Counted from the first letter of the stretch, positions 7,792 through 16,198 are shown. The stretch: DNA of 20,000 nt from an uncultured virus (IMG/VR IMGVR_UViG_3300037147_000124) (IMGVR_UViG_3300037147_000124:54196-74195), one strand, 5' to 3'. Translations and numbers: made by a program. The notes: a model not told the origin generated them from the letters alone.

Positions 7792-9903
7792 ATGTCCAAC
7801 GAGCGACGCTGGCTCAAGGTCCGCGACTTTCTGACATTCCGTCCGAAAGAGGTCCTTGAGGATAAGAAACACTTCTTCGAGTGCAAGGACTCTACCTCCG
7901 AGACAGGCAGTAGCCTGCTCGTGCGCGTCAACGCGACGCACGCCGGTCTGGTCACCGGCAACCGCAAGTTTTACCGTCCTGATTTCATGCAGGACTCAGT
8001 CCACACCTGGCTGCCGAAGCACAAGCCGGCGCTTCCAGTGTTGCGTGGACACAGTGAGGATGGCGAGGTTCTGGGCCGCGTTCGCGAGGCCAAGTACATC
8101 GATGACTCCTGGCAGTATGCGAAGGACTATCCGATCCTCAAGGATTCGGTCTTCTACAACCGGGATGCCCGGTCCAAGAAGGTAGGTCTCTTCAAAGCTG
8201 TCGACTGGATCACCGACAATCTAGTCCCCCTGTCCGACTACCGTGGTCTGGGCCACATCGAACTCGGCCTGACCATCACCAATCCGGAAGCGATCAAGAA
8301 GATCCTCCGCGACGAATACCTTTGCGTTTCGGCCGGTGCCATCACCGACGAGGCAATCTGCTCAATCTGCCACACCGATTGGGCTTCGAACGATAAGTGC
8401 GAGCATCGCCCTGGGCAGCTCGTTGATGGCCGCCGGATGTTCATTATCTCCGGTCGCTTCCGCTACGAGGAACTCTCCTTCGTCAACTTCGGCGCCGATC
8501 CATTCGCCGCCGTGAAGACCAAGGAATTGAAGGACTCCCTCGAGAAGATGTTCTTTCTCGGCTTGCCGATCGGAGACCAGGATCACATGGTCGAGGCGGG
8601 CCTCAAACTGACCGACAGTCTGTATGAGTCGGACATCCAGATTCATTACGAGGAACCCGAGATGACGATCGATTTGGCTGCCCTTGAGCAGACCATCAAA
8701 AGTGCCGAACTGACCGCGACCGATGCCTTTGCGGTGCGCGACCAGCTCCTGGCCTGGACCCCGGAATCGGAAGACGACAAGAGCGCCAAGCGCAGCTTGC
8801 AGTCGACCCTGACCGCCAAGATTCGTAAGAACAGCTGGAAGCAGGACACTCCTGTTACAGTGACCGACGCCGTCGCAGCTCCTTCCGCGGAAGAACTCGC
8901 CACCGTCGATAAGGTCAAGGATGCAGTTGATGCTGCCGCCGTCGCCGCCGCCGTCACCGAGTCCGAGACTCCGGCAACGGAAGTCAAGGACAAGGTCGAA
9001 TGCTTTGCCTGCAAGGCGAAGTTCACCAAGGACAAGATGGGCGTCACTTCCGACGGTGAGAATGTCTGCGAAGAGTGCAGCGAGAACATCAAGGACGCCA
9101 AGAAGGCAACCGACGGTGTTGTCAAGATCAGCGATGAGCTGAAGGCCCTCGCAGTCGGCGTCAAGTTGCTCGATGCCGAAGAGAAGGCCGAGCCCACCGA
9201 AGAAGCCAAGTCGATTCTCGGTTGCTACGAGACGCTGGACAAGTTGCACGGCAATGCGAGCCAGGAACTGCGCTGGAAGATGGAAGACCTTCACGGCTCC
9301 ATCGGCGAGCGTTGGGGCAAGGATCGCTGGGTCGAGTACGCGAAGTCCACGCTGGCCAACCACGTCAAGGACTCCAAGCTCGTCTCCAACGACGAGCTGG
9401 CGCTCAAGGATGAGGCTGTCGTCACCCAGGAAGCCGAGATCACCAAGCTCCAGGGCACGATCACGATCAAGGATCAGTCGATCGCCAAGTTCTTCAACGA
9501 CTCGAAGCTGAGCATGGCCACCACCATCGTCATGGCCAGTGTCCTGCGCCAGAAGGACGGTTTCACCGGCCTGGATGGAGCCAAGATCCAGGACAAGATC
9601 AGCGAGTACGCGAAGCGGCATATCACCAGCCTGCGCGACTCCGTCGCCGACATCCTGAATGAGCTGCAGTGGGCCAAGCCCGTTGTAGCCGCACCGGAGG
9701 CAGCGGGCAAGGACCCGGCCACCACGGTAACCGACAACGCGCATGTAAGCGAGTCCGAAGGGTTCCACCCTGAAGCGCAAATTCCGGAACTGAAGGCGCA
9801 AGACGCCCAGAAGCTGAACCGGATGCTCTCTTACATCACCGACGAACCTGCACGTACCCGGCTGATTGCGGATGTGCGGTGGGGTCGGACGAAGCTCAGC
9901 TAA
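7792..9903 (+). CDS. Prohead maturation protease fused to a scaffold domain (703 aa)
   Basis: N-terminal prohead protease-type motifs (GNRKFY, PVLRGH, YLCVSAG, CSIC...CEH, EELSFVNFGAD). The C-terminal two-thirds is A/E/K/D-rich and coiled-coil-like. Canonical position between portal and capsid. Confidence 0.85.
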   Translation: MSNERRWLKVRDFLTFRPKEVLEDKKHFFECKDSTSETGSSLLVRVNATHAGLVTGNRKFYRPDFMQDSVHTWLPKHKPALPVLRGHSEDGEVLGRVREAKYIDDSWQYAKDYPILKDSVFYNRDARSKKVGLFKAVDWITDNLVPLSDYRGLGHIELGLTITNPEAIKKILRDEYLCVSAGAITDEAICSICHTDWASNDKCEHRPGQLVDGRRMFIISGRFRYEELSFVNFGADPFAAVKTKELKDSLEKMFFLGLPIGDQDHMVEAGLKLTDSLYESDIQIHYEEPEMTIDLAALEQTIKSAELTATDAFAVRDQLLAWTPESEDDKSAKRSLQSTLTAKIRKNSWKQDTPVTVTDAVAAPSAEELATVDKVKDAVDAAAVAAAVTESETPATEVKDKVECFACKAKFTKDKMGVTSDGENVCEECSENIKDAKKATDGVVKISDELKALAVGVKLLDAEEKAEPTEEAKSILGCYETLDKLHGNASQELRWKMEDLHGSIGERWGKDRWVEYAKSTLANHVKDSKLVSNDELALKDEAVVTQEAEITKLQGTITIKDQSIAKFFNDSKLSMATTIVMASVLRQKDGFTGLDGAKIQDKISEYAKRHITSLRDSVADILNELQWAKPVVAAPEAAGKDPATTVTDNAHVSESEGFHPEAQIPELKAQDAQKLNRMLSYITDEPARTRLIADVRWGRTKLS

Positions 9904-9930
9904 CTCAGCGTTAGCACAAGGAGATTCACC

Positions 9931-11133
9931 ATGGCTTTTGACGTCAATAACCAGTACACCGGCAAGATGTTCGGCAACGACCGGTGGCCCGGTCACACCA
10001 CCCCCGATCTCGAGGCTTCCGAGCCCATTCGGCCGTGGCTGCCCGTTCCCTACCCGGCGCCCTACCTCCCGGCTCTGCGCCAGGATGCGGGTCATCCCAA
10101 GTTGGCTTCCGTTGTCCTCAGCTCGCAGCATCTCGTGGGCCAGGACAAGAGCGGCGCATTGGTTCCCGCGGGCCTGTTCTGCGGCGTCACCCCCGGCGCG
10201 TCGAACAAGTATTGCATCCTGCAGTACAGCTCCGGCCTGGCCGATGAGTTCACCGTTGACCCGCGCACCGGCGGACCGGTAACTCCTGGCGACCACGTGT
10301 TGCTCGCAGCGCCGTCCGATGCAGCTCCAGGGAACATCACGCTGCCCAACGGCACCGTGGTTGTGATCTCGCAGCCCGACATCGACTTCGCCCATGCCTG
10401 TAACCTCTTCCCGGCTGTGCAGTCCGGCACGACCCCCACGGGCGTGGCTGGCGCGCCGGTTGCCTACTCCTTCGGAGTAGCCCGTCCCATCGGCGTCGCA
10501 GTGCGCAACGTGCTCCAGTACATCGGCGGCGTGAAGGTGCTCGACACGACTCTGGTCGGCGGCATCCTGTATCGCCTCGAAGGCATGGTTCCCACCGGCT
10601 TCCAGGTCAACAACTACATGCACGAGATGGGCACGGCCATCCAGACCCAGTACGTGCTGCGCGTGCCATGGATCGGCGCAACCCCCGGCACTCTGCAGGG
10701 CTTTGCGACGACCGACAACATCCGCGGCTATGTCCAGGGTTACGGACGCAGCTTCGCCCACTACACCGGCGCACCCCAGGTCGGCAACGGCGTCACCTTC
10801 TCCCAGCAGACCGGCGATTGCGGCAACTACTCCGACTTCGACGCGACCAAGAACACCCCGGTCGATCTCATCGGACGCATCATCGGCGTGCTGAACATGA
10901 TCCAGAAGGTCGGGTACTCGAACCGCATCAAGACCCTGTGGGATCCGTCCCGCATGGTTGGTCCGACCAACAACCCGAACCCCGCGTCGATCATGATGGG
11001 CGGTTCCGCCACCGGCGGTATCCCGTACGACCTGTCTCTGACCACGGACGGCATCTACAAGGCCTCCCTGATCCAGAAGACGGCCGCTCGCCCGGAGTAC
11101 GGCACCTACGTCCTCGTTCGCGTCAACCTGTAA
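9931..11133 (+). CDS. Probable capsid decoration or minor capsid protein (400 aa)
   Basis: Strong AAGGAG RBS, highly biased codons, G/P/T-rich. Lies between the scaffold and major capsid genes; the function is inferred from position. Confidence 0.65.
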   Translation: MAFDVNNQYTGKMFGNDRWPGHTTPDLEASEPIRPWLPVPYPAPYLPALRQDAGHPKLASVVLSSQHLVGQDKSGALVPAGLFCGVTPGASNKYCILQYSSGLADEFTVDPRTGGPVTPGDHVLLAAPSDAAPGNITLPNGTVVVISQPDIDFAHACNLFPAVQSGTTPTGVAGAPVAYSFGVARPIGVAVRNVLQYIGGVKVLDTTLVGGILYRLEGMVPTGFQVNNYMHEMGTAIQTQYVLRVPWIGATPGTLQGFATTDNIRGYVQGYGRSFAHYTGAPQVGNGVTFSQQTGDCGNYSDFDATKNTPVDLIGRIIGVLNMIQKVGYSNRIKTLWDPSRMVGPTNNPNPASIMMGGSATGGIPYDLSLTTDGIYKASLIQKTAARPEYGTYVLVRVNL

Positions 11134-11172
11134 GCCGACCGAACCAACAGTTTGTTCGTGTGGAGATTGCCC

Positions 11173-11373
11173 GTGCCGCAGATCGTGATTACCCAGGGTC
11201 AGGCGTACCTGAAGGGAAACGGTCTGCGGTGCATGGCTCCCCGCTATGACGACGCCACCTGCAAGTGCAACACGCTGGTGGTGAAGAAGAACTCGGCCGG
11301 TGAACTATCCGGGGCCTTCCAATGCCCCGAACGCCGCTGCCGCCAACACATCGAGGTTGAGGTTCGGCCCTAA
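11173..11373 (+). CDS. Small zinc-ribbon protein resembling Mu Com-family translational regulators (66 aa)
   Basis: GGAG RBS at 11162-11165 and GTG start. Pattern LRC...CKCNTLVVK...AFQCPERRC resembles the Com-type RC..CN.LL...IKCPRC pattern. Confidence 0.65.
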   Translation: MPQIVITQGQAYLKGNGLRCMAPRYDDATCKCNTLVVKKNSAGELSGAFQCPERRCRQHIEVEVRP

Positions 11374-11458
11374 ACCGAACCCCTTCGTGAATCCAGCTCC
11401 ACAAGAACACCCGCACGGTCCCGCGCGGACCAGCTCGCCCCAGGAGGGTATTTTCACC

Positions 11459-12787
11459 ATGGCAAAGAATAAGCAGACACCGGAAGAGTTCCAGGCCGAG
11501 CTGAAGCTTCAGGACCGGTTCGCGACCATTTTCCGCAGCAATGGGTACGATCCCGAGACCGGCGACCCGATGGATATCAAGGACGCTCTGGATGTTCAGA
11601 ACGCGGCCTTCATGATCCCCCGCGCGCTGACTCAGATCGTGCAGGAAGGCATCGAGCCGATGCTCATCGGCACGAACCTGCTCCAGAAGGTCCAGTACAA
11701 GCCTGGAATGACGACCGTATTCCCCGCCATCGAGCCGCTTCGCGCGGACGAAGCCGGCGACGGAATGGATCTGCCGATCTACAACATCAACATCGGTGGA
11801 GCACAGTCGTTCGGTGTGACGGTCAAGCGGCACGGTCTGCGTCTCAAGATCGCCAAGCGCTTCGTCGACGAGTCCAGCTACCCCTGGATCAACTTCTGGC
11901 TGCGCCTGGCCGGCAACGCTCTCGCCCGCCACAAGGAAGAGTACATCTTCGACTTCATCACGCGCCTCGGCACGGTTGTCTTCGACAACGACGTCAACGC
12001 ACGTATGACGTCCAACACCGTCGGCCAGCCCATCAAGGGCGTCACCACGGGTCGCGACTACAAGGGCAAGCTGAACGGCTCCATGACGGTCGACGACATC
12101 TTCGATATGTACGCGGCTGTTCTCTTGAACGGTTTCGTGCCCGACACGATGCTGGTCCATCCAATGGCGTGGCTCATGTGGGTAAAGGATCCCGTGATCC
12201 GCGAGTTCGCGATCCAGGCGGGCGGCGGAAGCTTCTTCGCTCAGTGGACCGGAAACCCGGCTGTCCAGGGCAACAAGTTCTACAACAACGGCGGCCTCGG
12301 CCTCGGTACCGGCCAGACCGGCCAGTACACCAACGGTCAGCTGACCGGTGGGGAAGTCTCCAACGCCACGTCCGGCAACTACCAGAACATGAGTTCGGCA
12401 CCGCAGCTCCCCGGTTACCTCGGCCTGCCCTTCCGCATCCTGGTCTCGCCGTTCGTCAAGTTCGACCCCGAGGATCGCACGACCGACATCCTGATGTTCA
12501 ACAGCCGCAACCTCGGCGCCTTGATCGTGGCTGAAGAGCCCCATGTCAAGAGCTGGGAAGATGGCCAGTTCAACATCCAGAACATGTCGATCGAAGAGAC
12601 CTACGGCTTCGGCATCCTCAACGAAGGCCAGGCGATCGCGGTTGCCCGCAACATCAAGGTCCGCCCGAACGAGTTCACCATGCCGGCGCGCACCGTGTTC
12701 AACCTGTCGGAGGCGAACAACACCTTCACCGATCTGGCAACGGCAGCGATCTTCGATGCGGCGAACCCGCTCAACGTCAACGCCTAA
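11459..12787 (+). CDS. Major capsid protein, HK97-fold type (442 aa)
   Basis: AGGAGG RBS before ATG 11459, preferred over 11300, and very strong codon bias. Capsid-like segments IKDALDVQNAAFMIPRAL, KRHGLRLKI, AGNALARHKEE, PDTMLVHP and EETYGFGILNEG. Followed by a strong hairpin. Confidence 0.9.
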   Translation: MAKNKQTPEEFQAELKLQDRFATIFRSNGYDPETGDPMDIKDALDVQNAAFMIPRALTQIVQEGIEPMLIGTNLLQKVQYKPGMTTVFPAIEPLRADEAGDGMDLPIYNINIGGAQSFGVTVKRHGLRLKIAKRFVDESSYPWINFWLRLAGNALARHKEEYIFDFITRLGTVVFDNDVNARMTSNTVGQPIKGVTTGRDYKGKLNGSMTVDDIFDMYAAVLLNGFVPDTMLVHPMAWLMWVKDPVIREFAIQAGGGSFFAQWTGNPAVQGNKFYNNGGLGLGTGQTGQYTNGQLTGGEVSNATSGNYQNMSSAPQLPGYLGLPFRILVSPFVKFDPEDRTTDILMFNSRNLGALIVAEEPHVKSWEDGQFNIQNMSIEETYGFGILNEGQAIAVARNIKVRPNEFTMPARTVFNLSEANNTFTDLATAAIFDAANPLNVNA

Positions 12788-12808
12788 CCTCAACGCAACA
12801 TCTTCCCG

Positions 12809-12850
12809 GAGGCGGACGGTCAACACTGATCGTCCGCCTCGTGTGGTTTC
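12809..12850 (+). terminator. Strong stem-loop after the capsid gene (terminator or mRNA stabiliser)
   Basis: GAGGCGGACGGTCA-acac-TGATCGTCCGCCTC forms a 14-bp stem with one G-U pair. The downstream U-tract is weak (GTGTGGTTTC). Confidence 0.65.
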
Positions 12851-12922
12851 GAGGCCCTCCATGTTATCCAGCCTTTGGTAGTCCGCTCCGCCCTTCCACA
12901 ATCAGGGGTGGAGGCATACTTC

Positions 12923-13576
12923 ATGTCCAATTTGATCGTGATGCCTGGTTCGAAAGAGTTCAACGAGACTCTCGCCACCAAGACATCTCCCGCCAAACGC
13001 CGCACCGCCCCGAAGATGCCCGAGGACCTGACTGGCAAGACGCTGATGTTGAACACAGCGGTGATCCAGCAGTTCCAATGCGGTGGCTTCCACCTGGGCT
13101 CCCGCCATCCCTTTGCCATCGTGGGCCCGCAGGCCCAGCAGGCGCCGCTGCACATCGCCCTGGCTGCCGGCAACCTCATCGACATGACCGGCAAGGACAT
13201 GACCAAGGGCTACAAGGGCAAGGGCGGCGAGACTTCCGCGATCGCCGAGGAAGATACCGGCAAGCAGGTCTTCATCGCCACCGACGGCCGCGGCAACCTT
13301 TACATCGCCGCGCCCAAGTCGAAGGCGGAAGGCAAGCGCTTTGAGAAGGAGATCCGCAGGACCGGGACCCTCAAGAGCGTGAACTTCGACGAGCATGTCA
13401 CTGGCTTCGCTGGTGGCATCACCGAGGAAGTCGTCGAGAGCAGCCTGCCCGCCAAGAAGCCCACCAGGAAGCCCACCAAGAAACCGGCGCAGAAGAAGCC
13501 AGCCACCAAGCCGAGCAAGACGAAGGCAAAGAAGAATGTCAGCTCCAGTAGTCGTAAGCGTAGACCCGGGAAATAG
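12923..13576 (+). CDS. Hypothetical protein with Lys/Pro-rich histone-like C-terminal tail (217 aa)
   Basis: GGAGG RBS before ATG 12923. Tail PAKKPTRKPTKKPAQKKPATKPSKTKAKK. Confidence 0.8.
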   Translation: MSNLIVMPGSKEFNETLATKTSPAKRRTAPKMPEDLTGKTLMLNTAVIQQFQCGGFHLGSRHPFAIVGPQAQQAPLHIALAAGNLIDMTGKDMTKGYKGKGGETSAIAEEDTGKQVFIATDGRGNLYIAAPKSKAEGKRFEKEIRRTGTLKSVNFDEHVTGFAGGITEEVVESSLPAKKPTRKPTKKPAQKKPATKPSKTKAKKNVSSSSRKRRPGK

Positions 13577-14237
13577 CGAGACCGACGTCGTTCTGGGTCA
13601 GGCCCTCATCGTCACCTTTGACCAGGTGATCGATCCGACCACTCTGAACGACAGCACCTTTTCGCTGACCTACCCCGCATCGATCCAGGTGGTCAATGCG
13701 TCGCAGCTCATCTCAGGCAAGCCGGAGTCCTCGACGGTTGCCGTCGACGGCACCTGGTCCCTCGCCACGGTGGCGGGCGCTACCGTCGCCACCTTCCAGC
13801 CCACCCGCGGGTTCCAGCAGAACACCCCGTATACCGCGATGCTGTTGGGCGCCGACGCTTCCCTCTCCACTGAGGATCTCAAGAACCTCGCGGGCGAGTC
13901 GATGGCGGTCAGCTACCAGTGGACCTTCACGACGGGCGTGCTCGATCTGCTGATCCCACCGTCCACTTCTCCCCTGGTCGACGACAACCGCGCGATCCAG
14001 TTGGACCAGATCCGCATCGTTCCCCGCATTCGCCTGAACCAGGATCTCACCCAGGAGTTCGATGTCATCTTCCCAGGTGATATCGATCCGACATCCTTCG
14101 ACGTCAGCGATATCTATCTGAGCGTCGAGGCCATCCTGGGCAATCCCCTCATCCCCGGGCCGCCGCCGAATCTCGAGTACAGCGCGACGGTCGACGGCAA
14201 CAAGCTGCGCATCCGGGTCACCGGCTGGCCAGCCTAA
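13536..14237 (+). CDS. Ig-like (SbsA/Big_5-type) domain virion protein (233 aa)
   Basis: APVVVSVDPGNSETDV...IVTFDQVIDPTTL...TFQP...NTPYT...YQWTFTT matches the SbsA Ig-like pattern. ATG 13536 preferred because the upstream in-frame sequence shadows the previous gene. Confidence 0.8.
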   Translation: MSAPVVVSVDPGNSETDVVLGQALIVTFDQVIDPTTLNDSTFSLTYPASIQVVNASQLISGKPESSTVAVDGTWSLATVAGATVATFQPTRGFQQNTPYTAMLLGADASLSTEDLKNLAGESMAVSYQWTFTTGVLDLLIPPSTSPLVDDNRAIQLDQIRIVPRIRLNQDLTQEFDVIFPGDIDPTSFDVSDIYLSVEAILGNPLIPGPPPNLEYSATVDGNKLRIRVTGWPA

Positions 14238-14245
14238 GGAGCTTC

Positions 14246-14689
14246 ATGCAACTGACAGAACACTTCGCCGATCGTGAACTTGGAGTTGCCGGCGAGATCG
14301 ATCCTCGGATCTATGCCAATGCGGTCTTCCTGTGCAAGGAAGTCCTCGAACCCATCCACGCCAAGTTCGGCGCCGTCCGGATCCATGACGGTTACCGCGA
14401 TCCAGGCCACAACGCCCGGGTAGGCGGCAAGACAGCATCCTTCCATCTCTTCGTCGGCGGCGACGCCGCAGCCGACGTGGATGCGCAGGGCACCACGATC
14501 CAGATCCTCTTCGATTGGCTGCGCCTGGAGTCAGACCTGCCCTTCGACAAGGTCATCCTCGAGAAGAACGCAGCCGAAGTCCCCGCCTGCGTTCACATCC
14601 AGATCGACCGCCTCAACAAACCCCGCCGCCAGGCCTTCATCGGCCACACCGGCAACTCTCTCCGCTATGACCAGGTAGAGGTTCGCTAA
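14246..14689 (+). CDS. Peptidase M15 (M15A/M15_3-like Zn peptidase), probable endolysin (147 aa)
   Basis: Motifs LTEHF, LEPI, GYR...HNARVGG..ASFH...AAAD and VHI. AAGGAG RBS. No cell-wall binding domain. Confidence 0.85.
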   Translation: MQLTEHFADRELGVAGEIDPRIYANAVFLCKEVLEPIHAKFGAVRIHDGYRDPGHNARVGGKTASFHLFVGGDAAADVDAQGTTIQILFDWLRLESDLPFDKVILEKNAAEVPACVHIQIDRLNKPRRQAFIGHTGNSLRYDQVEVR

Positions 14690-14698
14690 GGAGCTGCC

Positions 14699-14944
14699 AT
14701 GTCCTTTCTTCCCAGCATCAAGATCACGTTTCCCGACCTGACCAGTAAGACCGCGACCATCGTGATCCTGCTCGGCCTCGACCTGTTGTTCTTTCACTCG
14801 GCCATCTCCGGAGCACACGACACCATCACCACCAACCGGCTCTGGGAGTTGTTCGTCGGATCCAACGCAGGTCTGTTGCTGGCGCTCAATGCAGGCAGCA
14901 GCCACATGCCTCCTCCGCCCGCGGTCCCCACAGGAATTCTGTAA
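14699..14944 (+). CDS. Small membrane protein, putative holin (81 aa)
   Basis: Two hydrophobic segments (ATIVILLGLDLLFF and LFVGSNAGLLLAL), AAGGAG RBS, directly after the peptidase. Confidence 0.55.
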   Translation: MSFLPSIKITFPDLTSKTATIVILLGLDLLFFHSAISGAHDTITTNRLWELFVGSNAGLLLALNAGSSHMPPPPAVPTGIL

Positions 14945-15720
14945 TGTCGGTTCTTCAAACAGCTTGCTTCCTCCGCAACCGGCGCCGCCGGGCGCGCGTC
15001 GCTTCAGTATTCACCTTCAGAAACGCTGTCCTCACTGCGGCCGCTTTCGCGCTGGTGTGTCTTGGACTTGCATTCCTATCGGTGCGCAAGGCCGCGACTG
15101 GGATGGTCGTAACGGAGCAAGCGCTGAACACGTTTGCCGCGACGGCGACGCGGGAAGTCACCAACAACGGCGATGAAGCCCACCGGGTTCTGCTCGAGGC
15201 TGGTCTGACAGCAACTGAGGCGCGCAAGGCCGCGGTGACCCAGCGCAAGTATTGGGAAACCGAAGTCCCCGTCCTCACCGCCAAGTCGGAGTTGACCCTC
15301 GATCGGACCAATGAACTTCTGGCGTCGCTCAAGAAGACGTCGGACGGCTTCAACGGTGATGGCACGGACATCACCAAGGAAGTGCTCAACGTCCTCGGCG
15401 ATCTGCGGCCCGCGCTGCAGAAGAGCACCGAGACTCTCCAGGCGACCGCCGATACGGCCCGCGCCGCCACCAAGGTGATCGGGGATCCTGCGATTCCCTC
15501 AGCTTTGAAGCACGTCGACACTGCGACGGGCCACATTGCTGAAGCGTCCGATCACTTTGCCAAGGCTACTGACCACGTTGAGAAAACTATGGTCGATATC
15601 CAGGGCGGCGTGCACACCATCGTCCACCCCACCAAGGTCCAGCAGGTTAAGAACTGGATCACATTCAGCCTCGACGTGGCTCAGAAGTTCACCGAGACCC
15701 ACTTCTACTGGCCCTTCTAG
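14944..15720 (+). CDS. N-terminally membrane-anchored coiled-coil protein, possibly spanin-like (258 aa)
   Basis: Basic N-terminus RNRRRRAR, TM segment AVLTAAAFALVCLGLAFLSV, and a long A/T-rich helical region. TAATG-coupled to the holin-like gene. Confidence 0.6.
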   Translation: MSVLQTACFLRNRRRRARVASVFTFRNAVLTAAAFALVCLGLAFLSVRKAATGMVVTEQALNTFAATATREVTNNGDEAHRVLLEAGLTATEARKAAVTQRKYWETEVPVLTAKSELTLDRTNELLASLKKTSDGFNGDGTDITKEVLNVLGDLRPALQKSTETLQATADTARAATKVIGDPAIPSALKHVDTATGHIAEASDHFAKATDHVEKTMVDIQGGVHTIVHPTKVQQVKNWITFSLDVAQKFTETHFYWPF

Positions 15721-15769
15721 CTTTGGTACTTCGTTTCTCCCATCCACACTCACATCAAGGAGCACACTC

Positions 15770-16132
15770 ATGACTTTCTCTCTGAAACCGTTCAAGTCCA
15801 TTGGCCATTTCTTCGCAACCGCGATCAAGGCCCTCGCCCAAAAGGGTCCTGCCGAAATCGACAAGCTCGAAGCGACCAAGACCGTTGTCGAAAAGGTCAC
15901 AACCGCCGCCTCCGCAGTCCTCGGGATCGGCACTGTTGCTACGAGCATCGAAGATCTGGGCTATGCCCTGCTCGGCGAGTTCGCCAAGGTCCTCACCCTG
16001 GGTGATGCGGCTGCTCAGGCCAAGTTGGCTGATGCAGGCGTCGACATCGCTGTGATCAACGAAGTGAAGACCTTCGTGAACCAGTCCCAGGCGCTCAGCT
16101 CCGCGCTGCCGGCCCTCATCGCAGGCAAGTAA
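15770..16132 (+). CDS. Hypothetical amphipathic helical protein (120 aa)
   Basis: AAGGAG RBS before ATG 15770, preferred over 15536. Followed by a terminator. Confidence 0.8.
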   Translation: MTFSLKPFKSIGHFFATAIKALAQKGPAEIDKLEATKTVVEKVTTAASAVLGIGTVATSIEDLGYALLGEFAKVLTLGDAAAQAKLADAGVDIAVINEVKTFVNQSQALSSALPALIAGK

Positions 16133-16151
16133 GCACACGTTCCAACCGGAG

Positions 16152-16178
16152 GGGCGGCCGCACTGGCCGCCCTTTCTT
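16152..16178 (+). terminator. Rho-independent terminator
   Basis: GGGCGGCC-gcact-GGCCGCCC followed by TTTCTT. Confidence 0.8.
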
Positions 16179-16198
16179 CCGTGACACTCGGAGACCTC

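Noticed and set aside
7719..7860. Possible readthrough of the 60-aa ORF's TAA (the frame stays open for about 45 more codons)
   Set aside because: An open stretch of this length is expected by chance at this GC, it would overlap the protease start, and there is no readthrough signal.
9899..9915. Hairpin GCTAAC-tcagc-GTTAGC covering the protease stop codon
   Set aside because: Only 6 bp with no U-tract, too weak to call functional alone.
8362..10761. 799-aa minus-strand ORF, and similar long antisense ORFs at 1495-2943, 5324-7066 and 11189-12901
   Set aside because: These mirror strongly biased + strand genes in which TTA, CTA and TCA codons are rare, so antisense stops are depleted. They show no motifs and have shadow-like composition.
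11300..11458. Longer capsid start at 11300, and the extended starts at 720, 12875, 13395, 15536 and 16181
   Set aside because: Downstream ATGs have clearer RBSs or domain boundaries; the extensions overlap other genes or run through leaders.
12770..12881. Programmed frameshift extending the capsid protein into the alternative frame open to 12881
   Set aside because: There is no slippery sequence near the stop, and the alternative frame runs through the hairpin and does not look protein-like.
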